Positions 54,273 to 63,427 of a stretch of DNA of 64,000 nucleotides are shown one piece after another. The stretch covers positions 39,690 through 103,689 of the forward strand of contig CAWGDM010000003.1 of assembly GCA_963821345.1 (NCBI GenBank), in the 5' to 3' direction. The notes under the pieces were generated by a model. It saw only the letters and a program-made list of their open reading frames with translations, was not told where the DNA came from and searched no databases. Position numbers and translations under genes: made by a program. Each line of letters begins with the position of its first letter. The first letter of the stretch is position 1. This DNA is from an uncultured Solirubrobacterales bacterium. Lineage in GTDB: Bacteria > Actinomycetota > Thermoleophilia > Solirubrobacterales > 70-9.

Positions 54273-55042
54273 CCGAGCGCGCGCTTACGGCGCAGGACGC
54301 GCTCGGCGATTCGCAGCGTCTCGGTGACCCCGGCGGCGCGCTTCTCCGAGAGTTCGCCGCGCAGCGCCTCGTCGGCGGCCGTGGCGGTCAGCTCGCAGCG
54401 GTCCTCGAGCGCGGCGAAGTCCTCGTCTTGGTCGGGCGCTGCGAGCGCCTCGCGCTCGGCCAGCATCGCCTCGACCCCGATTCGCAGCTGCAGCGTCGCC
54501 TCGCGGCCGCGTCCGGCGTCCAGGTCCGCGCGGGCCCGGATCAGCAGCAGCTCGCAGGCCGCGACCCCGCCGCGCCGCCCCAGCACCTCGGCGACGCGCT
54601 CCTGCGGGCGCAGGACCTCGACCCGCCGTCGCCGCTCCGACAGCGGCACCTCGATCGCCTCCTCGTAGTTACCCTCGGCCAGATCGTCGCCGGTCCCAAA
54701 GCCGACCCGGACCGCGAGCGCGCCCGCCGCGGTGACGTCGGCGATCGCCGGATCCAGGGCGGCGGCACGATGGGCGTGGACGGCGAGGTTGACCAGGCGC
54801 ACCGCCTGATCGAGCTCGGCTCCAATCGCGTCCGGGTCCTCGCGCACCGTCGCCAGCCAATCCCGCGCCACCTGCTGATCGCTGAGCTCGTCGGGCCGGA
54901 CGACGGTCACCGTCGTCACCGGGATCGGCGTCTGGTCCTCGGGATCGGAGTCGCGGGGCTTGGGACGCCCCAGCCGGCGGCGCGGCTGCGGCGGGGCGCC
55001 GGCGATCCGCACGACCAGTACCCGTTCGGGGTCGCGGCCCAA
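54269..55042 (-). CDS. Hypothetical protein
   Basis: 257 aa with balanced helical composition, unlike the overlapping Arg-rich + strand ORF. TTG start. No family recognised. Confidence 0.55.
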   Translation of the reverse strand: MGRDPERVLVVRIAGAPPQPRRRLGRPKPRDSDPEDQTPIPVTTVTVVRPDELSDQQVARDWLATVREDPDAIGAELDQAVRLVNLAVHAHRAAALDPAIADVTAAGALAVRVGFGTGDDLAEGNYEEAIEVPLSERRRRVEVLRPQERVAEVLGRRGGVAACELLLIRARADLDAGRGREATLQLRIGVEAMLAEREALAAPDQDEDFAALEDRCELTATAADEALRGELSEKRAAGVTETLRIAERVLRRKRALG

Positions 55043-55120
55043 ATAGCGGCCGTCCTCGAGCCCGATCGTCCCGGCCAGCTCGAGTTGGACGAAGGGAAGT
55101 AGCAGCGCCGTGACTGCAGG

Positions 55121-57670
55121 CTACTCGGAGAGGTGGGCGCCGGAAGCCCGCTTGCCGCGCTTGTCCCCATCCCCCGCCGGCAGCGCCGCGTCGGAGGGAT
55201 GGGTGGGCACGGCCGGGTTGTCGATCTCGCCGAGGCGCTCGATCAACCGCTGCCACTGCTCGGGCTTGAGCATCGCCGAGAACTGCTCGGAGACGCTGCC
55301 CTCGCCGGGGCCGCCCTCGGCGTAATAGCCGACGTGGACGTGGTCGTCGTGGTCGGCCATCGCGAAGGTGTTGTCGGCGCCGAAGTAGTCCATCAGGCTG
55401 ATGATCTGGTGGGGCTTCATCGCGCCCTGCAGCTGCAGCAGGTCGCGGACCAGGGCCTCGGAGATCGAGCCCGGGCCCTGGTGGCCCAAGACCGGGATCC
55501 CGTTGATCTGGGCGATGTCGACGGCGTCGCCGGTCGAGTGCTCAGAGACGTTGCCCGAGGTGGTCAGGATCGAGTGGCCGCACTTGAGCGAGGTGATCGT
55601 CAGGTCATAGCCGCGCGCGACCAGGTACTCGAGCATCGCCAGCACCCGGCGGTCGATCTGGCCGGTCTGGATGTCGGTGCGCCCGCAGGCATAGATCTCG
55701 AGGCTGGGGTCGTTTAGCACCCGCTCGATCAGCTGGGCCTTGCTCATCAGCAAGACCTGGCTCGCCGAGGCGGCGGAGTCGGCGAACGGGTCCTTGCCGG
55801 CGGCGCGATAGATCGCGGTCGCCTCCAACAGCTTCCAGCCGTCGAGGATCGGCTTCGGGTCGATCTTCGGCGCCCCGCGACCCGCCGGGCGGATCTCGAA
55901 GTGGACGTGGGGGGCGAGCGTGGTCGTCTTGGCGATCCGCCCCAAGACCGTGCCCGCGGTCACCTGAGAGCCCTTTTGCAGCGGGCGCAGCGCCATCTTT
56001 TCGGGGTCGAAGCGCATCACGTTGGCCAGATAGCCCTTGAACTGCTCATAGCCGGGCATCCGCTGGGCCAGGAGGCTGTCGAGCTGGCCCGAGAGCCCGG
56101 CGCGCCGTTGGTTTTCGCGGCGCTCGGGGTAGGCGTAAAGGCGGGCGCGGGTGTCCTCGGTGTTGGCGGGGGCGCCGGCGGCGGCCGAGGCGCCCGAGTC
56201 AGAGGCGCGGTCGGGCTTGGCCTTGGCGGGGTCGGCGGCGGTGTCTGGGGGCTGGCGCCCGGCGCTGGCGGGGCGCTCGGGGGCGCGGTCGGCGGCCGGG
56301 CTGACGAGCTTGAAGTCGCGCGCCGAGAGCTTGTCTTGCTTGGGCACCGGATAGGCGTCGGCCAGCGAGCCCAGCTCGGCGTAGGTGAAGCGGTTGCCGT
56401 AGGCGTCTTGCAAGACGATGTAGTCGCCGAGGCGCTTTGAGTGGCCGAGGTCGGTGATCTCGCCGTCGTTGACGGCGACCACCGGGGCGCCGGAGCGCGC
56501 GTAGATGTTGATCCCGCGCCGGGTCGCCGAGGACGAGATCACCTCGGCGGCGTTGCCGGCGGCGCGCTTGGAGGGCTTCGAGCGCTCAAGCGCGCGGCGC
56601 TCGGAGATGTCGTCGGCGTAGCGCGCGTTGGCGGCGACCGGGAAGTGCGCGCCCTCGGTCAGCCCGGTGAGCGAGCTGATCAGGCTGTCGGGGAGCTTTC
56701 CGTATTGGTTGGCGTAAAGGAGGACCTCGTCGACGTACCAGTCGGCGTGGTTGTAGGCGAAGATCGCGCCGCGCAGGTCGGACTGGCCGCCGGCGGCCTT
56801 CAGATAGCGCGCCGCGGCGCAGATCGCGTCGACGGGGTTGTAGGGGTCCTTGCGCCCGTCGGAGTTGGCGTCCACGCCGTAGGTCTGCCAGGTGGCGGGC
56901 ATGAACTGCATCCAGCCCAGGGCGCCGGCGGTGGAGACGTTGAGGTTGGTCCCGAAGGCGGTCTCGATCCGGTTGATCGAGGCCAGCACCTGCCAGGGGA
57001 TCCCGTACTCGGTCCCGCAGGCCTGATAGATCGGCAGCAGAAACGGCGGGATCGCGAACGAGTCGATGACGAAGTTGGGGACCCCGATCGGGGCGGCGCC
57101 GAAGTCGGCGATCGTCACCGTGGGGTTGGTGTCGGTGGGGGTGCCGTCGGGGTTTCGGTCGGCGTCGGGGTCGGCGGGGGCGCGGGTGCCGCCGGAGGCC
57201 TGGTCGGCGTCGGGGTGGTGGTGGTGGGGGGGCTTGTAGATCCCGGGCTCAGTGACCTCGCCGGAACTGCGGCCCTCGTCCCCGCTGGGGCCGACGGTGG
57301 TCGAGGCGTCGTCGGTGGTCGTCGTCTCGTTCGAGGTCGTGTCGCCGCCGTTGTTGGAGCCGTCGCCGTTGGTCGGCGGCGCCGGGGTCGTGGCCGGCGG
57401 CGCCGCCGTGCCCGCGGTGCCCGCCTCGCTCGAGTCAAGCGGCCCGGTGCAGTCGGGGTCGCCGAGGTCGACGACACCGTCGCCGTCGTCGTCGGCGGTG
57501 TTCGAGCACTGGGGGAGGACCTGGACCTGGTCGAGGTCGCCGCCGTTGGGAATGTTGATCTCAACGCCGGATTGACCGATCCCGACGACGCTGCCGGCGC
57601 CGGCCGTGCCGACGACGATGCAGCAGCCGAGAACGGCCAAACTGATCGCTAGTAGAAGCTTCCTTCTCAT
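55121..57670 (-). CDS. Secreted three-domain peptidoglycan hydrolase: lytic transglycosylase (SLT) + M23/LytM + LAS (M15/VanY-like) domain
   Basis: Signal peptide. Pro/Thr linker. SLT: IPWQVLASINRIETAFG...GALGWMQFMPATW. M23: INIYARSGAPVVAVNDGEI...HVHFEIRP. C-terminus: SEHSTGDAVDI ... DHDDHVHVG. Confidence 0.8.
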   Translation of the reverse strand: MRRKLLLAISLAVLGCCIVVGTAGAGSVVGIGQSGVEINIPNGGDLDQVQVLPQCSNTADDDGDGVVDLGDPDCTGPLDSSEAGTAGTAAPPATTPAPPTNGDGSNNGGDTTSNETTTTDDASTTVGPSGDEGRSSGEVTEPGIYKPPHHHHPDADQASGGTRAPADPDADRNPDGTPTDTNPTVTIADFGAAPIGVPNFVIDSFAIPPFLLPIYQACGTEYGIPWQVLASINRIETAFGTNLNVSTAGALGWMQFMPATWQTYGVDANSDGRKDPYNPVDAICAAARYLKAAGGQSDLRGAIFAYNHADWYVDEVLLYANQYGKLPDSLISSLTGLTEGAHFPVAANARYADDISERRALERSKPSKRAAGNAAEVISSSATRRGINIYARSGAPVVAVNDGEITDLGHSKRLGDYIVLQDAYGNRFTYAELGSLADAYPVPKQDKLSARDFKLVSPAADRAPERPASAGRQPPDTAADPAKAKPDRASDSGASAAAGAPANTEDTRARLYAYPERRENQRRAGLSGQLDSLLAQRMPGYEQFKGYLANVMRFDPEKMALRPLQKGSQVTAGTVLGRIAKTTTLAPHVHFEIRPAGRGAPKIDPKPILDGWKLLEATAIYRAAGKDPFADSAASASQVLLMSKAQLIERVLNDPSLEIYACGRTDIQTGQIDRRVLAMLEYLVARGYDLTITSLKCGHSILTTSGNVSEHSTGDAVDIAQINGIPVLGHQGPGSISEALVRDLLQLQGAMKPHQIISLMDYFGADNTFAMADHDDHVHVGYYAEGGPGEGSVSEQFSAMLKPEQWQRLIERLGEIDNPAVPTHPSDAALPAGDGDKRGKRASGAHLSE

Positions 57671-57738
57671 TCCCTCAAACCCTCACACCGCTTCGGCGCC
57701 GGACGCGCGCCCTGCCTGGCCCCGGCGCTGCCCCCTCC

Positions 57739-57853
57739 TGAGCGGGCCGAAAGCTAGTTGTTCGTGCCTGCGTTTGCAACGTACAACCGGCAGGGCAACG
57801 GTACCCAAGGTCAACGCGCGAAGCGCAGGTTCGCCAACGACATCATTCGCTCA
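57739..57853 (-). promoter_or_regulatory. Candidate ydaO-type (c-di-AMP) riboswitch aptamer in the hydrolase 5' leader (tentative)
   Basis: On the - strand, P1-like UGAGC...GCUCA encloses 115 nt. Motifs appear in ydaO order: GCGAAUGA, GGCGAACC, GCGUUGACC, UUGGGUACC, CACGAACAACUAGCU. An internal CCUGCG/CGCAGG helix is present. Matches to the consensus are only partial. Confidence 0.3.
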
Positions 57854-57912
57854 TTGATCGGCAGCTTGCAGGCGCGGCTTGAAGGCTGGGGAGCAGGTAC
57901 CCTCCGCGCCCG

Positions 57913-58224
57913 ATGGAGGCATCCGACGACCGCAGCGGAATTCGGGCCCGTGGCGAGGAGGCCGTGGGCGAGCTCGCCCAGGCCCTGATCGAGAATCCGG
58001 TCTTCAATTCGGCCCTTTCACGGGCCCTGGGCGCCGGTGAAAAGGCCGCCTCGGCGCAGCGCTCGGCGATCGGCGCGCTCAGCCTTGCCTCGGCCGCCGA
58101 TGTTGAGCGGCTCGAGCAGCGCCTGCGCTCGCTTTCCAACCGCCTCGAGGCGCTCGAGGACCGCATCGACGAGCTCGGCGACGACCTGCGCCGCCGCGAT
58201 CGCGACGCCTCCCAGGCCCAGTGA
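57913..58224 (+). CDS. Coiled-coil hypothetical protein (phasin-like)
   Basis: 103 aa: ...AADVERLEQRLRSLSNRLEALEDRIDELGDDL. Confidence 0.5.
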   Translation: MEASDDRSGIRARGEEAVGELAQALIENPVFNSALSRALGAGEKAASAQRSAIGALSLASAADVERLEQRLRSLSNRLEALEDRIDELGDDLRRRDRDASQAQ

Positions 58225-58227
58225 TAA

Positions 58228-58911
58228 CTAGTCGCTAAACGCGCGCGCGGCGGCCTCGCCGATCGCGAGCAGCGCAGCCTCGACCTCGGCGGCCCGCTCG
58301 GTCGCGTCGCCCTCGTCGACGACCAGCCCGGCGGCGAGTTGGAGTCCGAGCGCGGCGCCTGCCGCGAACAGTGGCGCGGTCTCGCGGTCGACGGCGGCGA
58401 TCCCCTGCTCAACCCAGCCCTCGACGCTCGCCACCGGCGCCCCGGCGCCCAGATCGTGGCTGGCGACCGCGACCGGGCGGGCGTCGGCGACCTCGGCCTG
58501 CAACGCGGCGGCGAGCGTGCGATCGGGCGCCGTCAGCGAGCCGCCGAGAGCGGCCGTGGTCCCGTCGGCGCCCAGGGCGCCGACGGCGAGCACCGTGTCC
58601 CCGGGCGCCAGCGCCGAGTCGACGGCGACGCAGCGGCCGATCCGGATCAGTCTCCTGGCGCCGAGCGCGGCGAGCTCGCCGAGGACCGCCGTGGCGCTCG
58701 GGCCGCCGATTCCGGTCGCCTGCACGGTCAGCTCGAGGCCGGCGGCCGTGGTGCCCGAGTAGCCCCAGAGCCCGTGGTGGTGGTTGGCCATCCGGGGCCT
58801 GGTGGTCAGCCGCGTCGCGAGCGCCATCGCCAGCCCGGGATCGGCGGGCAGGAGGACGTCGGAGGCGATCGGCGCGGTCGGGCGCAGGTAGGCGCTTGAG
58901 CCGGGTTTCAA
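58228..58911 (-). CDS. Nucleoside phosphorylase family (PNP/UDP-1) protein
   Basis: LRPTAPIASDVLLPADPG.A..LA, LWGYSG, TVQATGIGGPSATAVLGEL..LGARRLIRIG. TTG start. Confidence 0.65.
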   Translation of the reverse strand: MKPGSSAYLRPTAPIASDVLLPADPGLAMALATRLTTRPRMANHHHGLWGYSGTTAAGLELTVQATGIGGPSATAVLGELAALGARRLIRIGRCVAVDSALAPGDTVLAVGALGADGTTAALGGSLTAPDRTLAAALQAEVADARPVAVASHDLGAGAPVASVEGWVEQGIAAVDRETAPLFAAGAALGLQLAAGLVVDEGDATERAAEVEAALLAIGEAAARAFSD

Positions 58912-58937
58912 GGCCGCGGATTATGCTGAGAAGCCGG

Positions 58938-59333
58938 ATGGAAGACGGAGCGCCAGCAACCCCGGATCCCGCCGACGACGCGGGCGAGAGCGGCGTCGCC
59001 GACGCCCTGCGCGCCGCGGTCGAGCGGACGATGCGCGCGACGGCCGGATCGGCGGCCGAGGGCCGCGAGCGGGCCGGTGAGCTGGTCGACGAGGTCGTCC
59101 GCCGGGGTCAGGAGGCCCGCGACGAGCTGGCGCGCCGCGGTCAGGAGGCTGGGGCGGAGTTGGCGCGCCGCGGCCAGGAGGCGACCGGCGAGGTCGGGCG
59201 GCGGCTCGAGCGGCTCGAGCGCCGCCTGGCGGAGCTGGAGGAGAACCTCGGAGCCCACCGCGGCGAGCCTGGACCCGGGGTGGAGGGTGAGGACGGCGGC
59301 AGCTCCTCGCCTGAACCTGAAGTCGAGGATTAG
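58938..59333 (+). CDS. Coiled-coil hypothetical protein (phasin-like) with internal RRGQEA repeats
   Basis: VRRGQEARDELARRGQEAGAELARRGQEATGEVGRRLERLERRLAELEE. The start may instead be ATG 58923. Confidence 0.5.
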   Translation: MEDGAPATPDPADDAGESGVADALRAAVERTMRATAGSAAEGRERAGELVDEVVRRGQEARDELARRGQEAGAELARRGQEATGEVGRRLERLERRLAELEENLGAHRGEPGPGVEGEDGGSSSPEPEVED

Positions 59334-60362
59334 ATGTCCGCGAGCCGCCGGGTCGCGATCACCGGCGTCGCCAGCCATTGGGGTGCCGAGCTCGCCCGGC
59401 GACTCGAACGCGACCCGCGGGTCTCGTACATCGTCGGCATCGACAGCCTGCCGCCGCCCGCCGAGCTGACCCGGACCGAGTTCATCGAGGTCGACGTCCG
59501 CAACCCGGCGCTGTCGCGCGTCCTGCCGACCACCGAGGTCGACACGGTCGTGCACTGCGGGATCCTCTGGTATCCCGAGCCGGGGCGCCCGCAGCGCGCC
59601 CTGCACGAGATCAACGTGATCGGGACGCTGCAGCTGCTGGCCGCCTGCGAGCGGACCGAGTCGCTGCGGACGGTGGTCGTCCGCGGGTCGGCCGCGATCT
59701 ACGGCTGCGAGGGCGCTGTGCCCTCGTTCTACACGGAGGACCTCGCCCGGGCCCAGCCGCTGCGAACCCGGTTCCAGCGCGACATCTCCGAGCTCGAGGA
59801 GTACTTCGAGAACTTCGCCCGGCGCCAGCCGCGGCTGCGCTGCTGCATGCTGCGCTACCAGCCGGAGATCGGGCCGGCGCTCGACGCGCCGCTGGTCCGC
59901 TACCTGACCCTCCCGGTGGTCCCGGTCCAGCTCGGATTCGACCCGCGGCTGCAGCTGGTGCACGCCGACGACGCGACCGCGGCGCTCGCGGCGGCGGTCG
60001 CGAACCCGGTCCGCGGTGCGGTCAACGTCGCCCCGGAAGGGGCGATCTCGCTCAGCCATGCGCTGCGACTGCTGGGCCGCCTGGCGCTGCCCCTGGCGGC
60101 GCCGCTGTTCGAGCCCGCGATCCGCCGGTTGGGAGGGCGCCTGGGCGCCGGGACCCTGGTCGGCGACGGGGTCCGCCTGCTGCGCTTCGGCCGCGGCGTA
60201 GACACCCGGCGGCTGCGCGAGGAGATCGGCTTCGAGCCCAGCTACGACGCCGAGGGCGCGATTCGCGACCTGGCGGCCAAGTCCGATGCGGCGCGCGTCG
60301 GCGCGCGCCTGCATCCGGGGGCGCTCGCGGGGCGGCTGGCGAGGCTGGGGGGCATCGCGTGA
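59334..60362 (+). CDS. NAD-dependent epimerase/dehydratase family protein
   Basis: RVAITGVASHWGAELARRL Rossmann N-terminus. 342 aa. Its stop TGA 60360-60362 lies inside repeat copy 6. Confidence 0.8.
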   Translation: MSASRRVAITGVASHWGAELARRLERDPRVSYIVGIDSLPPPAELTRTEFIEVDVRNPALSRVLPTTEVDTVVHCGILWYPEPGRPQRALHEINVIGTLQLLAACERTESLRTVVVRGSAAIYGCEGAVPSFYTEDLARAQPLRTRFQRDISELEEYFENFARRQPRLRCCMLRYQPEIGPALDAPLVRYLTLPVVPVQLGFDPRLQLVHADDATAALAAAVANPVRGAVNVAPEGAISLSHALRLLGRLALPLAAPLFEPAIRRLGGRLGAGTLVGDGVRLLRFGRGVDTRRLREEIGFEPSYDAEGAIRDLAAKSDAARVGARLHPGALAGRLARLGGIA

Positions 60363-60410
60363 GGCGGCGGCCGACAGGCCGGCGCCGAGCCGCGCCGCCG
60401 TTGAGGCGCC
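60359..60410 (+). repeat. GC-rich intergenic repeat, variant form (copy 6)
   Basis: GTGAGGCGGCGGCCGACAGGCCGGCGCCGAGCCGCGCCGCCGTTGAGGCGCC. Confidence 0.8.
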
Positions 60411-60414
60411 TGAT

Positions 60415-61367
<953 letters not shown>

Positions 61368-61371
<4 letters not shown>

Positions 61372-61414
61372 GGCGGAGCGAAGCGAAGCCGAGCCGCGCC
61401 GCCGTTGAGGCGCC
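61368..61414 (+). repeat. GC-rich intergenic repeat, long form (copy 7)
   Basis: GTGAGGCGGAGCGAAGCGAAGCCGAGCCGCGCCGCCGTTGAGGCGCC. Confidence 0.9.
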
Positions 61415-61420
61415 GTTTCT

Positions 61421-61464
61421 TGGCGGAGCGAAGCGAAGCCGAGCCGCGCCGCCGTTGAGGCGCC
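61421..61464 (+). repeat. GC-rich intergenic repeat, long form (copy 8, tandem to copy 7)
   Basis: TGGCGGAGCGAAGCGAAGCCGAGCCGCGCCGCCGTTGAGGCGCC, 6 nt after copy 7. Confidence 0.9.
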
Positions 61465-61492
61465 ATTTCTGAGCGGGCAATAGGGTCCTGCG

Positions 61493-61915
61493 ATGGCGAC
61501 CAAGACCGCGAGGCGGGTGGAGCTGCGCGAGGCGCTCGAGCTCGCGCTCGCCGAGGTCGATGCCGACGACCGGGTCGGGCCGCTGGTCGGCGCGACCCGG
61601 CTGCGGATGCGGTTCGAGTTCACCGACCTGGGGCTGGCGCTCAACGTCGCCGGCGATCAGGGTGACCACAACATCACCTGGTCGTTCGACCCCGATCCGG
61701 GCTGGAAGCCGAAGCTGACCCTGCGGATGACCTCGGAGGTCGCCAACCGGTGCCTCCAGGGGCGCGAGAGCCTCGCCGTCGCGCTCGCCCGGCGCGAGGT
61801 CCGTTGCGACGGCGAGTCGCGCACCGCGCTGCTCTATCTGCCGGCGACCCGGTTTCTGTTCGACGCCTACCGGCGCACGGTCGAACGCGACTTCCCGGAA
61901 CTGATCGCCGCCTGA
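61493..61915 (+). CDS. SCP2 sterol-carrier-like domain protein
   Basis: 140 aa. TLRMTSEVANRCLQGRESLAVALARREVRCDGE pattern typical of the SCP2 C-terminus. Confidence 0.6.
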   Translation: MATKTARRVELREALELALAEVDADDRVGPLVGATRLRMRFEFTDLGLALNVAGDQGDHNITWSFDPDPGWKPKLTLRMTSEVANRCLQGRESLAVALARREVRCDGESRTALLYLPATRFLFDAYRRTVERDFPELIAA

Positions 61916-61926
61916 CCCACCGGTCG

Positions 61927-61955
61927 TTGACTTGCCCCGCCCGCGGGCGTAGTGT
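61927..61955 (+). promoter_or_regulatory. Candidate sigma-70-type promoter
   Basis: TTGACT (61927-61932), a 17-nt spacer, then TAGTGT (61950-61955). About 225 nt upstream of GTG 62182. Confidence 0.45.
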
Positions 61956-62181
61956 CAAACCCACCAAGAAGGCAACAGGCCAGCAGTGGGTCGCGCCGCG
62001 AAGGTCCCCCGGCGACTGGGACCGCAGCGAGCAGGCCCGCGAGGCGCCTCGGGCGCCGACGGCCGGCGAAGCGGGCCGCCAAGCCCGCAGCGGCGACGGG
62101 GCCGATTCGACCCCGTCGCCGACATCTGAGGACCGCCACCGGTCACACATCCGCCCACCGGACTGGTCATAGGATCGTCCT

Positions 62182-63375
62182 GTGCCCGAGGAAGCGATCT
62201 CGCTCAATCAGGCCGCCCGGATCGCCGGAGTCTCGGCCTCGACGCTGAAGCGGTGGGCGGCGGCGAAGGTGATCCCGGTCAAGGGCGACCGCTGGACGCA
62301 CGCGGCCGCGGCGCAGGCGCGGGTCGTCGCCCGCATGCGGGAGCGCGGTCACTCGCTCGATGAGCTGCGCCGCGCGGTCCGCGACGGCAGGCTCGCCTTC
62401 GGCTACGTCGAGGACCTGCTGCCGGGCCGCCGCGAGCAGGAGGTCAGCCGCGCCGAGGCGGCTGAGCGCACCGGCCTGGAGGAGGAGCTGATCGAGCGGG
62501 TGATGACCCTGCTGGGGACGCCGACCGCGCTCGAGGGGACGCTGAGCGAGCAGGACGTGCTCGCGATCGAGCAGATGGCGGCCGTGCTGCGGGCCGGATT
62601 TCCGCTCGTCGCGCTGCTGCAGCTCGTCCGTGTCTACGCGCAGTCGATCCGCAAGATCGCCGAGGCCGAGGTCCGCCTCTTCCACCTCTACGTCCACGAG
62701 CCGCTGATCCGCCAGGGCGTGGGGGCGCTGGAGATGGCCGACGAGATGGAGGGGCTGGCCCGCGACCTGCTGCCGCTCACCTCGCCGCTGATGGAGTACA
62801 TCCACCAGCGCTACCTGCAGTTCTACATCGAGCAGGACGTGGTCGGGCACATGGAGGTCGACTTCGGCGGCCTGCGCCAGATGGGGCGGGTGACGATGGC
62901 GTTCTGCTTCGTCGACCTGACCGGCTTCGCCCGCTACACCGAGGAGGAGGGCGACGAGGAGGCGCTCGACCTGGTCGAGCGCTTCGTCGAGACGACCGAG
63001 GCGACGCTGCCGGCGGAGGCGCTGATCGTGAAGACGATCGGCGACGAGGTGATGATCGTCTCGCCCGACCCGGTCACCCTGACCGAATGGGCGGTCGGCT
63101 TTTTGACCCTGTTCCGTGAGCGCCCGCAGCCGCGGGTCGGCATTCACTACGGCCGCGCCGTGTATCGCGACGGCGACTACTTCGGGACCGAGGTCAACCT
63201 CACCCACCGGGTGGTCGCCAGGGCGCTCGGCGGCGAGGTGATGGTGACTGCCGCGGTCGTCGACGCGATCGGCGACTCGGCCTATCTGAGCTTCGACCCG
63301 ATCGGCCGCGTCGAGCTCAAGGGCTTCCCACAGCCGGTCGAGCTGTTCGTCGTCCGCGCCAACGATCCCGACTAA
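62182..63375 (+). CDS. MerR-type HTH + class III adenylate/guanylate cyclase fusion
   Basis: N-terminus LNQAARIAGVSASTLKRWAAAKVIP. C-terminus FCFVDLTGFARYT, KTIGDEVMIV, GTEVNLTHRV. Confidence 0.8.
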   Translation: MPEEAISLNQAARIAGVSASTLKRWAAAKVIPVKGDRWTHAAAAQARVVARMRERGHSLDELRRAVRDGRLAFGYVEDLLPGRREQEVSRAEAAERTGLEEELIERVMTLLGTPTALEGTLSEQDVLAIEQMAAVLRAGFPLVALLQLVRVYAQSIRKIAEAEVRLFHLYVHEPLIRQGVGALEMADEMEGLARDLLPLTSPLMEYIHQRYLQFYIEQDVVGHMEVDFGGLRQMGRVTMAFCFVDLTGFARYTEEEGDEEALDLVERFVETTEATLPAEALIVKTIGDEVMIVSPDPVTLTEWAVGFLTLFRERPQPRVGIHYGRAVYRDGDYFGTEVNLTHRVVARALGGEVMVTAAVVDAIGDSAYLSFDPIGRVELKGFPQPVELFVVRANDPD

Positions 63376-63427
63376 CGCAGGCAGGAATACCGGCCTCCGC
63401 GTCGTACGATCATTAGGTGATCGTGCA

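Noticed and set aside
53481-55042. Sir2-domain protein plus adjacent hypothetical considered as an anti-phage (Thoeris/DSR-like) module.
   Set aside because: The Sir2 protein is a short canonical sirtuin with the Zn-ribbon cysteines and no extra effector or sensor domain. The neighbour is convergently transcribed, so the two do not form an operon.
61952-62248. 98-aa ORF starting at GTG 61952.
   Set aside because: Its composition is extremely Arg-rich, its GC3 is lower than the alternative frame, and it overlaps the start of the MerR-cyclase gene.
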